A DNA stretch of 64,000 bases, from assembly GCA_045627305.1 (NCBI GenBank), contig JAZQNM010000037.1, positions 16,962-80,961 of the forward strand, read 5' to 3'. Numbering within the stretch: position 1 is the first letter of the stretch; the number at the start of each line of letters is the position of its first letter. A model generated the notes under the pieces. The model was not told the DNA's origin and ran no database searches. It saw only the letters and a list, made by a program, of their open reading frames with translations. Made by a program: the position numbers and the translations under genes. Shown in pieces: positions 53,903 through 63,876 of the stretch. The stretch comes from Lachnospiraceae bacterium. GTDB lineage: Bacteria; Bacillota; Clostridia; Lachnospirales; Lachnospiraceae.

Positions 53903-56167
53903 ATGAGTAGTTTACGTAAGACTGAAAAGAACAAAGCAATATGGTCTCTTGTAGGCATTATTGCAATTCTTGGATTGATTGCTTTTTGGATTGGAATGAG
54001 TATCGGTTATGATTTCAAGTTCCAACCACAGCATATCAAGCGTGGCCTTGATTTGAGTGGTGGCGTCAGCATCACCTATGAGGTGGTGAATAAGGATGAA
54101 CTTACCGATTCCAAGATGGCTGATACGGTTGCCAAGTTCCAGAAGAGAGCGGAAGCGTTCTCAACAGAATCCAGTGTTTATAAGGAAGGTCAGTACCGTA
54201 TTAATATTGACATTCCCGGTGCTAATGATGCACAGCAGGTACTTGATAAGCTTGGTTCAGCAGGTAAGATTTCCTTTATTTATGCACAGGGAAAGAGTGG
54301 TACGACCAATGTTGTTTCCACAGGAACCAATTACATTCTTGCACGTTCCCTTGATGAGATTATTGCTGCCGGAGACCTCGTATTAGATGGTTCCAGTGTT
54401 TCCAATGCATATGCAGACCTTTCTGAAAACAGCCAGGGTGTTTCACAGAATGTTGTATGTCTTGAGTTTGATGCAAATGGTACCAATGCTTTCCGTGATG
54501 CAACAACCTGGTGTTGCTCGCAGTCCGGTTATGCAAACATGATTGCTATTGTTTACGACGGTGAGATTGTAAGTTGCCCTAGTGTTAACTCCGTTATTGA
54601 CAGTGGTAAGGCTCAGATTGAAGGCAGCATGTCATTTGATGAAGCAAGTGATCTTTCCACGATTATTCGTATCGGTGCACTTCCGATTGAAGTTACTCCG
54701 ATTCGTTCCAACATTGTAGGTGCTACACTCGGTAGCCGTGCATTGGATACCAGCATTCTTGCAGGTTTGATTGGATTTGCACTTGTTTGTATTTTTATGA
54801 TTGTAATTTACCGCCTGCCCGGTGTTGCAGCAAGCCTTAGCTTGATTATGTATATCGGTATCACTTTGGCACTTCTTATTATCTTTGAAGTAACCCTTAC
54901 CTTGCCCGGTATTGCAGGTATCATTCTTTCGGTAGGTATGGCTGTAGATGCCAATGTTATTATCTTTACACGTATTCGTGAGGAACTTGCTACCGGAAAG
55001 ACTGTTCGTTCTGCCATGAAGCTTGGTTATCATAAAGCTACCGCAGCGATTGTAGATGGTAATATTACTACTTTGATTGCAGCTGTTGTTTTGTATCTGT
55101 TCGGATCCGGTGTTATTAAGGGCTTCGCTATTACACTTGGTATCGGTATTGTGGTATCCATGTTCAGCGGACTTCTTTTGACACGTTGGATTATGAACTG
55201 CTTCTATGGACTTGGAGCTGAGAATCCGAAACTGTATGGTACGGAAACACACAAGAAGAATTTGAAGGTAGTTCAGAATTGGAAGAAGTATGTTGCAATT
55301 TCCGGTACAATCTTTGTTCTTTGCATCGTAATGCTCTTTGTGAATCGGGCTAAAAACGGAGATGCTTTGAATTACGGACTTGATTTCGTTGGAGGTTCCT
55401 CCGTTCAGGTTAATTTTGATGGAAGCGTTCCGGAGAAGAGTGAAGTAGAAATGCTTGTAAAATCCTCCATTGGTGAGACAAGCTCAATTTCTGAGGTAAG
55501 AGGTGAGAATGCTCTTATTATTAAAACTAAGGCATTCCTTGATGATAACGATAAGCTTCAGACTTTGAAGGATGCATTAAGAAATAAGTATAATGTTTCA
55601 GAGCAGAGTATTGAAACAGAAACTATAAGTGGAACCATTTCAGGCGAGATGAAGAGAGATGCAATTGTTGCTGTTATCATTGCCACAGTATGTATGCTTC
55701 TTTACATCTGGATTCGATTCAAGAATATTGCATTTGCATCCAGTGCCGTTATTGCATTGGTTCATGATGTCATCGCAGTATTCACATTGTATGTAGTATT
55801 CAGAATCACTGTTGATACTTCCTTTATTGCTTGTATGCTTACCCTTGTCGGATACAGTATCAATGCAACAATTGTTATCTTTGACAGAATTCGTGAGAAT
55901 ATGAAGGCTGTATCCCGTAAGGATGATCTTGCCGATGTTGTAAACAAGAGTATTTCCGAAACCTTTACGAGAAGTATTAACACCACGATTACAACATTGC
56001 TTACAGTTGTTGTATTGATTATCCTTGGTGTTGATTCCATTAGAATCTTTGCTATTCCGCTTGCAGTAGGCTTGCTATGCGGTACCTATTCTTCCGTATG
56101 TATCACCGGTACATTGTGGTATGCATTTAAGAAAAAGGCTTTGAAGAAGGCTACACAGAAGAAGTAA
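53903..56167 (+). CDS. secDF: Protein translocase subunit SecDF (fused)
   Basis: SecD half (GLDLSGG, periplasmic P1, GLIGFALV..DANVIIFTRIREE) followed by the SecF half (GLDFVGG, VHDV, FDRIREN). 12 TM helices predicted by eye. Confidence 0.9.
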   Translation: MSSLRKTEKNKAIWSLVGIIAILGLIAFWIGMSIGYDFKFQPQHIKRGLDLSGGVSITYEVVNKDELTDSKMADTVAKFQKRAEAFSTESSVYKEGQYRINIDIPGANDAQQVLDKLGSAGKISFIYAQGKSGTTNVVSTGTNYILARSLDEIIAAGDLVLDGSSVSNAYADLSENSQGVSQNVVCLEFDANGTNAFRDATTWCCSQSGYANMIAIVYDGEIVSCPSVNSVIDSGKAQIEGSMSFDEASDLSTIIRIGALPIEVTPIRSNIVGATLGSRALDTSILAGLIGFALVCIFMIVIYRLPGVAASLSLIMYIGITLALLIIFEVTLTLPGIAGIILSVGMAVDANVIIFTRIREELATGKTVRSAMKLGYHKATAAIVDGNITTLIAAVVLYLFGSGVIKGFAITLGIGIVVSMFSGLLLTRWIMNCFYGLGAENPKLYGTETHKKNLKVVQNWKKYVAISGTIFVLCIVMLFVNRAKNGDALNYGLDFVGGSSVQVNFDGSVPEKSEVEMLVKSSIGETSSISEVRGENALIIKTKAFLDDNDKLQTLKDALRNKYNVSEQSIETETISGTISGEMKRDAIVAVIIATVCMLLYIWIRFKNIAFASSAVIALVHDVIAVFTLYVVFRITVDTSFIACMLTLVGYSINATIVIFDRIRENMKAVSRKDDLADVVNKSISETFTRSINTTITTLLTVVVLIILGVDSIRIFAIPLAVGLLCGTYSSVCITGTLWYAFKKKALKKATQKK

Positions 56168-56194
56168 TTGATTAAGTCATCGGATGAACTGACT

Positions 56195-57943
56195 ATGATT
56201 GAGAAAAAAGAACAATGGGTTATAAAAAGGCGCGGCGGGACCATGGAAGACATGGTCTCAAAGCTCGGCATTACACCGGCATTTGCCAGAATTCTCTGCG
56301 GTAGAGGTTATGATACTGCAGAGAAGGCAGCCGCCTTTTTATTCCCGGAAAGCGCAGAACTTACTCCTGCAGAGGCTTTGCCGGATGCAGAGAAGTTCTG
56401 TTTTTTTATTGCAGAAGCTAAAAAAAATGCACAGAAGGTGCGTATCATAGGAGATTATGACGCAGACGGTGTGACGGCAACCTATCTTATGTTAAAGGGG
56501 TTGCGTCGTTATGGATTATCTGTTGATTATCGAATTCCGAATCGAATTACCGACGGATATGGAATCAGTGTATCTATGGTACAGGAGGCAATTGATGACG
56601 GTATCGGTGTGATTGTAACCGTGGATAACGGAATCGTTGCTGTTGAGCAGACTGAAATTGCGAAAAATGCCGGTCTTACTGTTCTTATCACGGATCATCA
56701 TGAACCGCAGGGCGTGCTTCCAAAGGCTGATGCAGTCGTTGATTTTAAGATTCTTCCTGATTATTCCGGAACGCAGGTATGCGGCGCTGTTGTAGCAGGG
56801 AAGTTGATGGATTTGCTTCTTTCTAAGGACGGTATGGATGGGTTCTTCAGAGAGCATATTGAAGTACTTGCACTAGCTACGGTCGCTGATGTAATGGAAC
56901 TTAAAGGAGAAAACCGCATTATCGTTCGAAATGGTTTGGCCAAGCCGCTATCCGAATGGAATTTGGGTCTTAGAATGCTGGCAGAATGCAATCATTTAAA
57001 GACTGCACCGACATCATATTCCCTCGGTTTCGTATTTGCCCCTTGCATTAATGCACTAGGACGCTTGGATATTGCTGACCCCGGTGTTGAGCTTTTGTTG
57101 GAAGATGATGAAAAGAAAGCATCCGTTCTTGCCGGGAAAATGGTAGAGGCCAACATTGTGCGTAAGGACCTTACAGTGCAGGCTGTAGAGAAAGCTTCTA
57201 AAGAACTGGATGCTCTTATGGTTACGGAACGTCTCCCAATTGTATATGTTTCTGATGATTGTCACGAGAGTATTGCCGGTATAGTTGCTGGTAAGTTGCG
57301 CGAAAGGTATTATCTACCGGCGATTGTATTGTGTAAAAGCAGTGAGAATCCTAAACTTTTAAAAGGTTCCGGTCGTAGTATTGAAAGTTATTCGATCTTT
57401 GAGGGATTGCAGTCATGTGGGGAGTTGCTTGAAAAGTTCGGCGGGCACTCACAAGCATGTGGTTTGAGTGTTTTGGCAGATAAAGCGGATGCGTTTCGTG
57501 ATGCACTTGGCAATCATTACCGTCAATGTGAGACGGATGAGGCGGAAAAGGTTATGATTGACCTTGTGGTGAATTTCAATGACCTGACAGAAAAGATGAT
57601 TTCAGAAATCGGTCGTATGGAGCCATTTGGAAATGGTAATAAAAAACCAGCCTTTGCAGCCCGTGAGGTTATGATAAACCGAATCAGTCATTTTGGCAAA
57701 ACAACAAAATATACACGTTTTTCCTTGACCGATTCCGTTGGGACGACGATGCAAGCTGTATATTTTGGGAATGCTGACAGTTTCATAGAAAAAGCCGGCA
57801 TTTTCTATGGTGCAAAAGCACTTCAGGAAATGTATGCCGGCCGTGGTCGTTCTAAAATGCATATTATATTTTCCCCGACATTCAGCAACTATAGTCAGCA
57901 AATTGAACTGACGATAGACCATTATCAGTTTGTCGGGGAATGA
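56195..57943 (+). CDS. recJ: Single-stranded-DNA-specific exonuclease RecJ
   Basis: DHH motifs (GDYDADGVT, VTVDNG, ITDHH) and DHHA1 (GGHSQACG). The start is uncertain: ATG 56195 or TTG 56168. Confidence 0.88.
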   Translation: MIEKKEQWVIKRRGGTMEDMVSKLGITPAFARILCGRGYDTAEKAAAFLFPESAELTPAEALPDAEKFCFFIAEAKKNAQKVRIIGDYDADGVTATYLMLKGLRRYGLSVDYRIPNRITDGYGISVSMVQEAIDDGIGVIVTVDNGIVAVEQTEIAKNAGLTVLITDHHEPQGVLPKADAVVDFKILPDYSGTQVCGAVVAGKLMDLLLSKDGMDGFFREHIEVLALATVADVMELKGENRIIVRNGLAKPLSEWNLGLRMLAECNHLKTAPTSYSLGFVFAPCINALGRLDIADPGVELLLEDDEKKASVLAGKMVEANIVRKDLTVQAVEKASKELDALMVTERLPIVYVSDDCHESIAGIVAGKLRERYYLPAIVLCKSSENPKLLKGSGRSIESYSIFEGLQSCGELLEKFGGHSQACGLSVLADKADAFRDALGNHYRQCETDEAEKVMIDLVVNFNDLTEKMISEIGRMEPFGNGNKKPAFAAREVMINRISHFGKTTKYTRFSLTDSVGTTMQAVYFGNADSFIEKAGIFYGAKALQEMYAGRGRSKMHIIFSPTFSNYSQQIELTIDHYQFVGE

Positions 57944-57953
57944 GAATTTGCGA

Positions 57954-58511
57954 TTATTCCGTTGCCATATTTCGGATTCGTTCCAGTGCCTGTTTTACAG
58001 GTGGGAGTGCAAGAATGACAAGTGTGATAGCCATTTCAATCAACAGATACAGATAATTGTAGAATATCGGGTATAGTGCAACTATCTTGAATTTTTTTAT
58101 AAACTCTTCCGGAACATAGTCCATATAGAAGAGATAGCCGCCGAGTGTATGAAAGGCACCGCGGAACAAAACACCAATAATATATCCGACAATCATTCCT
58201 TTGTAACCTTTTTTATGGAAGAAGCCTGCAAGTCCAAGAGCGGTAAATGCAAGAAAATAGTCACAGCACAACTGTAACAAATTCAGAATATAAGCGCCCT
58301 GCCAGAATTGCAAAAGGCCGTATATGGCTCCGCAAATCAGTCCGGCAGTTGGACCGAAACAATAGCCGGCATAGCAGATAAAAAACATACTGCAAAGTGT
58401 GACAGAACCCGAATAGGGAAGAGAGAAGATACGTACATAGGAAAGGGCAAAGGCGAGCGCAATACATACGCCACAGCATACGAGTTCCTTTGCTGACATC
58501 ATTTTTTTCAT
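57954..58511 (-). CDS. thiT: Thiamine transporter S-component (ThiT/YuaJ-like)
   Basis: 185-aa protein with 6 TM helices and W/G-rich loops. It sits directly behind a TPP riboswitch. Confidence 0.75.
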   Translation of the reverse strand: MKKMMSAKELVCCGVCIALAFALSYVRIFSLPYSGSVTLCSMFFICYAGYCFGPTAGLICGAIYGLLQFWQGAYILNLLQLCCDYFLAFTALGLAGFFHKKGYKGMIVGYIIGVLFRGAFHTLGGYLFYMDYVPEEFIKKFKIVALYPIFYNYLYLLIEMAITLVILALPPVKQALERIRNMATE

Positions 58512-58514
58512 AAA

Positions 58515-58655
58515 AAAACCTCCTGCAATGAATGCCGGAGGGTGCTTGTGCGGAACGAATTCCGTTGCTTCCTTACACCGGTACTAACCGGATCAAGTAA
58601 TGAGGGTTTCCGAGAATAACTCGGCTCTCAGCGCGATATGCACCCCTAGCAGATA
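58515..58655 (-). promoter_or_regulatory. TPP (THI-box) riboswitch
   Basis: The minus-strand read is CTAGGGGTGC..CTGAGA..ACCCTCATTACTTGATCCGGTTAGTACCGGTGTAAGGAAG, matching the THI element core. The downstream helix CCTCCGG...GGAGG plus T7 can terminate transcription and mask the SD. Confidence 0.88.
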
Positions 58656-58669
58656 TAGTATTTGCCTTC

Positions 58670-58697
58670 AGTATAGCGTATCGGAGGATTTTGTCAA
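58670..58697 (-). promoter_or_regulatory. Putative promoter of the TPP riboswitch-thiT unit
   Basis: On the minus strand: TTGACA, 16-nt spacer, TATACT. Confidence 0.6.
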
Positions 58698-59050
58698 GCG
58701 GATATTTTTGTAATTTTATTAGTGTATTTGTATGAAATAATCTATAAAAGAAATTTATTAGTACACCGGAACTGATGCTTCGAACCGCACAGTGCCTTCC
58801 ACATTGTAAGTGGATTATGTATTCCAATTGCGGACATGATATCGATACGGATTTGATTGAAGAGGCAACGGAAGAGGCTAATCGTTTCCTTAAAAATGTT
58901 GCTGCAACAGGACATTGTTACAGTAAAGTCGTGGAATAACGGCAACATTCTTTTATTGCGGTATTGCTTGAGTTGTGATAAAATATTGAAAGTGTCCGAT
59001 TAGACGATTTCGTCTGAATGGATGTGCTTTGAAAAAGGGAGGAGAAACAT

Positions 59051-60358
59051 ATGTTATTTGAAGGTAGAGTGATTTTGAAGGGCGGTCATGTTGTTGACCC
59101 TGCTACCGGTATTGATGAAGTAATGGATATCCGTATGGATGACGGAATCATTTTGGATGTTGCAAAAGGGCTGACACCCGGTGCCGGTGAAGAACTGATT
59201 ATGTGCGATGACCAGTATATATTCCCCGGATTTGTTGATTTGCATGTGCATTTTCGTGATCCTGGTCTGACCTATAAGGAAACGCTTGCAACCGGCACGA
59301 AGGCTGCTGCAGCAGGTGGCTATACCGCAGTATGTCCGATGCCGAATACGCTCCCTGCAACCGATAATATGAATAAGATTACAATGCTTTTGGAACGTTG
59401 CAAAGAGGAAGCTGCCGTGAATGTGTTCCCGGTTTCTGCAATCACTGTAGATCAGGCGGGTAATCAGCTTGTGGATATACATTCCGTTAAGATGGGCGGT
59501 GCTGTTGCACTTTCTGAAGACGGCAAATCCGTAATGGATATTAAACTTTACGAGAAAGCATTAAAGCTTGCAGCGAAGGAGAATATTCCCGTATTTGCTC
59601 ATTGTGAGGATAAGAACCTTGTCGCAGGCGGTGTTATCAATGCAGGTGCAAAGGCTGAGGAGTTTTCACTTCCCGGTATTTCGAACGCTGTTGAGGATGT
59701 CATTGCTGCAAGAGACATCTTTCTTGCAGGTGAAACAGGTGCGAAACTTCATCTGTGCCATTGTTCAACAAAGGGCAGTGTAGCACTGGTGTTACTTGCC
59801 AAACAGCTTGGTTATAAAGTTACTGCAGAAGCATGCCCGCATCATTTTGCATTATGTGATGAAGATATTAAGGAAAATGATGGGAACTTCAAGATGAATC
59901 CTCCTCTTAGAAGTAAAGAGGATATGGTAGCTATCAGAGAAGGATTAAAGCGTGGCATTATCGATTGTATATCCACCGATCATGCACCTCACTCCGAGGA
60001 CGAAAAATCCGAAGGCTTTATGAAGTCTCCGTTTGGAATTAGCGGACTTGAAACCGCATTTGCCTTAAGTTATACTACGCTGGTTATGGATTGCGGTATG
60101 AAGCTGATGGATTTAATCCGCCTGATGAGCACCAATCCTGCGAAGATGATTGGTTACAAAGGCGGCTCCATTGCAGTCGGCAGACCGGCCGATATTACCG
60201 TATGTTCCTTAGAGGAGTGGACTATCAATAAGAACGCCTTTATTTCAAAGGGACATAACACACCGTTTAACGGACGCAAAGTTTACGGTAAAGTATTACG
60301 TACATTTGTCAGAGGTAAGATGGTTTACCAGAATCCTGACTGTGATATTTTATACTAG
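59051..60358 (+). CDS. pyrC: Dihydroorotase
   Basis: FVDLHVHFRDPG, AAAAGGYT, FAHCED, HLCHCST, STDHAPH motifs. Confidence 0.92.
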   Translation: MLFEGRVILKGGHVVDPATGIDEVMDIRMDDGIILDVAKGLTPGAGEELIMCDDQYIFPGFVDLHVHFRDPGLTYKETLATGTKAAAAGGYTAVCPMPNTLPATDNMNKITMLLERCKEEAAVNVFPVSAITVDQAGNQLVDIHSVKMGGAVALSEDGKSVMDIKLYEKALKLAAKENIPVFAHCEDKNLVAGGVINAGAKAEEFSLPGISNAVEDVIAARDIFLAGETGAKLHLCHCSTKGSVALVLLAKQLGYKVTAEACPHHFALCDEDIKENDGNFKMNPPLRSKEDMVAIREGLKRGIIDCISTDHAPHSEDEKSEGFMKSPFGISGLETAFALSYTTLVMDCGMKLMDLIRLMSTNPAKMIGYKGGSIAVGRPADITVCSLEEWTINKNAFISKGHNTPFNGRKVYGKVLRTFVRGKMVYQNPDCDILY

Positions 60359-60372
60359 AAAGGTATTGTATT

Positions 60373-61299
60373 ATGATTTCAAAACTGGTTGAATCTATTA
60401 CAAAGAAGAACGCACCGATTGTAGTTGGACTTGATCCGACGATGGCATTAATTCCGGAGTGTGTTAAGAAGGATGCGTTTGAACGCTTTGGAGAAACCCT
60501 TGAGGGAGCAGGAGAGGCAATATGGCAGTATAACAAAGCAATTGTTGATGCCACCTATGATTTGATTCCTTCTGTAAAGCCTCAGATTGCAATGTATGAG
60601 CAGTTTGGTATTCCGGGGCTTATTGCTTATCAGAGAACAGTTGATTATTGCAAATCGAAAGGACTCGTTGTTATTGGAGATGTTAAGCGTGGTGATATCG
60701 GTTCCACATCGGCTGCTTATGCAACTGCACATCTCGGTAAGGTTACTGTGGGTTCTAAGAGTTTTGCTTTATTCGATGAGGATATTGCTACGGTTAATCC
60801 GTATTTTGGAATAGATGGTGTAAAGCCTTTTTTGGATGTCTGCAATGAATTTGATAAGGGAATTTTCCTTCTTGTTAAGACATCTAATCCTTCCAGTGGT
60901 GAGTTCCAGGATCGTTTAATCGATGGACGTCCTCTCTATGAGTGGGTTGGCGAGAAGGTAAATGAATGGGGCGAACTCAGTATGGACGGTGCTTACAGCA
61001 ATGTCGGTTGTGTTGTCGGTGCTACTTATCCCGAGATGGGACGAATTCTTCGTAAAGTTATGCCGAAGGCTTATATTTTGGTACCGGGTTACGGTGCACA
61101 GGGCGGTACTGCAGAAGGCTTGAAACCGTATTTTAATGAAGACGGTCTCGGTGCTATTGTGAATTCCTCCCGTGGTATTATTGCTGCCTACAAGAAGGAA
61201 CCTTACCTTTCCCGTTTTGGTGAGAGTGGTTTTGCGGATGCTTCCCGTCAGGCAGTCATTGATATGATAGAAGATATTAACAGCCATGTATTTGGCTGA
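60373..61299 (+). CDS. pyrF: Orotidine-5'-phosphate decarboxylase (long type-2 form)
   Basis: VVGLDP, KPQIAMYE, IGDVKRGDIGST, LVKTSN, PGYGAQGG motifs. 308 aa. Confidence 0.88.
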   Translation: MISKLVESITKKNAPIVVGLDPTMALIPECVKKDAFERFGETLEGAGEAIWQYNKAIVDATYDLIPSVKPQIAMYEQFGIPGLIAYQRTVDYCKSKGLVVIGDVKRGDIGSTSAAYATAHLGKVTVGSKSFALFDEDIATVNPYFGIDGVKPFLDVCNEFDKGIFLLVKTSNPSSGEFQDRLIDGRPLYEWVGEKVNEWGELSMDGAYSNVGCVVGATYPEMGRILRKVMPKAYILVPGYGAQGGTAEGLKPYFNEDGLGAIVNSSRGIIAAYKKEPYLSRFGESGFADASRQAVIDMIEDINSHVFG

Positions 61300-61348
61300 A
61301 TAAACTACTCTGTTATCAGAGATTATAAGAAACTAAAGGAGTTCGGTC

Positions 61349-63781
61349 ATGGGCATTTATGATTACAAGGCCATCGAAGGCAAATGGCAGAAATATTGGG
61401 AAGAAAACCAGACCTTTAAAACGGATGTATGGGATTTTTCCAAGCCTAAATATTATGTTTTGGATATGTTTCCTTATCCGTCAGGCGTAGGTCTTCACGC
61501 AGGACATCCGGAAGGGTATACCGCTACGGATATTATGTCTCGAATGAAGAGAATGCAGGGCTTTAATGTCCTTCATCCGATGGGCTATGATTCCTTTGGT
61601 CTTCCGGCAGAGCAGTATGCTGTAACAACGGGAAATCATCCGAATGGCTTTACTCAGGAGAATATTAAAACCTTCAGTAAACAGCTTCGTGAGTTAGGCT
61701 TTGACTATGACTGGACCAAATTGATTGCGACATCTGACCCAAAATTCTATAAGTGGACGCAGTGGATTTTCAAGCAGCTTTATCTGGATGGATATGCTAA
61801 ATATATTGATATGCCGGTCAACTGGTGTGAAGAACTCGGTACTGTTCTCAGTAACGATGAGGTTATTGATGGTAAGAGTGAGAGAGGCGGATACCCTGTT
61901 GTTCGTAAGAATATGAAACAGTGGGTTATTGACCAGCCTGCATTTGCCGAGAAGCTTCTTGAGGGTCTTGAGGAGATTGATTGGCCTGAATCCACAAAAC
62001 TGATGCAGAAGAACTGGATCGGTAAGTCTACCGGTGTTGAGGTGGAATTTGAGATTGTCGGTGGTGGAAAGTTCAGCATCTTCACGACCTGTATCGAAAC
62101 CATCTACGGTATTACCTTTATGGTTCTTGCTCCCGACGGAGAGATTGTAAATACTTTGATGCCTCGTATTGAAAACAAGGCTGAGGTTGAGGCTTATATT
62201 GCCGAGACACTTAAGAAGAATGATATGGACCGTACCGAACTGAACAAGACGAAGTCCGGCTGCGAACTGAAGGGCGTTACCTGTATCAACCCGGTAAATG
62301 GTAAGGAAGTTCGTATGTTCATCGGCGATTTCGTTCTGGCAAACTACGGTACCGGTGCTGTTATGGCTGTTCCTTCTCACGATCAGCGTGACTTTGAATA
62401 TGCGATTGCACATAATATTGATATGATTCAGGTTATCGACGGTGATGAGAAGCTTGGTCATGTTGATGTCAGCGAGAAGGCATTTGAGAAGTATGATTAT
62501 CTCGGTAAGGGCTATAAGCTGATTAATTCTGAAGAATTTACCGGTCTTACAGTAGAAGAGGCTAAAGAGGCCATTACCTGTAAGCTTGAAAAACTTGGAG
62601 TAGCAAAGAGAACCGTAAATTATCATTTCCGTGAATGGATTTTTGCCCGTCAGCGTTACTGGGGTGAGCCTGTTCCGGTTGTTCACACTGAGGATGGTAT
62701 TTATACGCTTCCTGATGAGGAACTTCCGCTTGTATTGCCTGAACTTGAGGATTACAAGGGTAAGAATGGTAAGGCTCCTTTGGAGAATGCTACAGAGTGG
62801 AAACAGTATAATCAGAATGGCGTAAAGGGACTTCGTGAGACTTCCACAATGCCAGGCTCCGCTGGTTCTTCATGGTATTTCCTTCGTTATATCGATCCTC
62901 AGAATGAGGACGAATTTGCGAATCAGGAGCTTTTGAAACATTGGATGCCGGTTGACCTTTACATTGGAGGACCGGAGCATGCAGTTGGTCATCTGATGTA
63001 TTCGAGAATCTGGAACCGTTATCTTTATGATAAGGGACTTGCACCGACGAAGGAACCTTTTAAGAAGCTTGTTCATCAGGGTATGATTCTTGGTTCCAAT
63101 GGTATCAAGATGGGTAAGCGATTCCCTGAATACGTTGTGAATCCGAGCGATATCATTCGTGATTACGGTGCTGACACCTTGAGACTTTATGAGATGTTTA
63201 TGGGACCGCTTGAGGTCAGCAAACCTTGGAGCAATACCGGTGTTGAGGGTGCCAAGAAATTCCTGAACCGTGTATGGGCTTTCTTTACTGAGTCTGCAAA
63301 CATTAACGATAATGCGAAGAAGGACCTTGAGAAGGTATATCATCAGACTGTTAAGAAGGTTACGTCCGATTTTGAGCAGCTTGGTTTCAATACCGCTATC
63401 AGCCAGATGATGATTTTCGTTAATGCATGTTATAAGGCAGGCAGTTGTCCTAAGGAGTATGCAGAAGGACTGATTAAGATGCTTTCCTGCATCTGCCCGC
63501 ATATTGGTGAAGAAATCTGGAGTATTCTCGGACATGACAATACCATTGCATATGAGCCTTGGCCTGTTTATGATGAAGAGAAGACAAAGGATGACATGAT
63601 TGAGATTGCTGTACAGGTAAATGGCAAGGTACGTGCAAAGGTACTTGTTACTCCCGAAGAGGAACAGGATACGGTTATGGCTAAGGTTATGGAAAGTGAT
63701 GCAGCCAAATTTATCAACGGATTTACCATCGTAAAGCAGATTTATGTAAAGGGTAAGATTTTCAATATTGTTGTTAAATAG
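61349..63781 (+). CDS. leuS: Leucine--tRNA ligase
   Basis: HAGH (HIGH-type) in PYPSGVGLHAGHPEGY, CP1 editing domain, KMGKR (KMSKS-type). 810 aa. Confidence 0.95.
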   Translation: MGIYDYKAIEGKWQKYWEENQTFKTDVWDFSKPKYYVLDMFPYPSGVGLHAGHPEGYTATDIMSRMKRMQGFNVLHPMGYDSFGLPAEQYAVTTGNHPNGFTQENIKTFSKQLRELGFDYDWTKLIATSDPKFYKWTQWIFKQLYLDGYAKYIDMPVNWCEELGTVLSNDEVIDGKSERGGYPVVRKNMKQWVIDQPAFAEKLLEGLEEIDWPESTKLMQKNWIGKSTGVEVEFEIVGGGKFSIFTTCIETIYGITFMVLAPDGEIVNTLMPRIENKAEVEAYIAETLKKNDMDRTELNKTKSGCELKGVTCINPVNGKEVRMFIGDFVLANYGTGAVMAVPSHDQRDFEYAIAHNIDMIQVIDGDEKLGHVDVSEKAFEKYDYLGKGYKLINSEEFTGLTVEEAKEAITCKLEKLGVAKRTVNYHFREWIFARQRYWGEPVPVVHTEDGIYTLPDEELPLVLPELEDYKGKNGKAPLENATEWKQYNQNGVKGLRETSTMPGSAGSSWYFLRYIDPQNEDEFANQELLKHWMPVDLYIGGPEHAVGHLMYSRIWNRYLYDKGLAPTKEPFKKLVHQGMILGSNGIKMGKRFPEYVVNPSDIIRDYGADTLRLYEMFMGPLEVSKPWSNTGVEGAKKFLNRVWAFFTESANINDNAKKDLEKVYHQTVKKVTSDFEQLGFNTAISQMMIFVNACYKAGSCPKEYAEGLIKMLSCICPHIGEEIWSILGHDNTIAYEPWPVYDEEKTKDDMIEIAVQVNGKVRAKVLVTPEEEQDTVMAKVMESDAAKFINGFTIVKQIYVKGKIFNIVVK

Positions 63782-63811
63782 AAAGCTTATTAACAGATGC
63801 AATAAATAGAA

Positions 63812-63848
63812 ACCGGGGAGCAGTTAATCGCTCCCCGGTATTTTTTAT
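63812..63848 (+). terminator. Intrinsic terminator after leuS
   Basis: ACCGGGGAGC...GCTCCCCGGT 10-bp stem followed by ATTTTTT. Confidence 0.85.
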
Positions 63849-63876
63849 ATCACATATCTTATAGAGAATTATTGGT

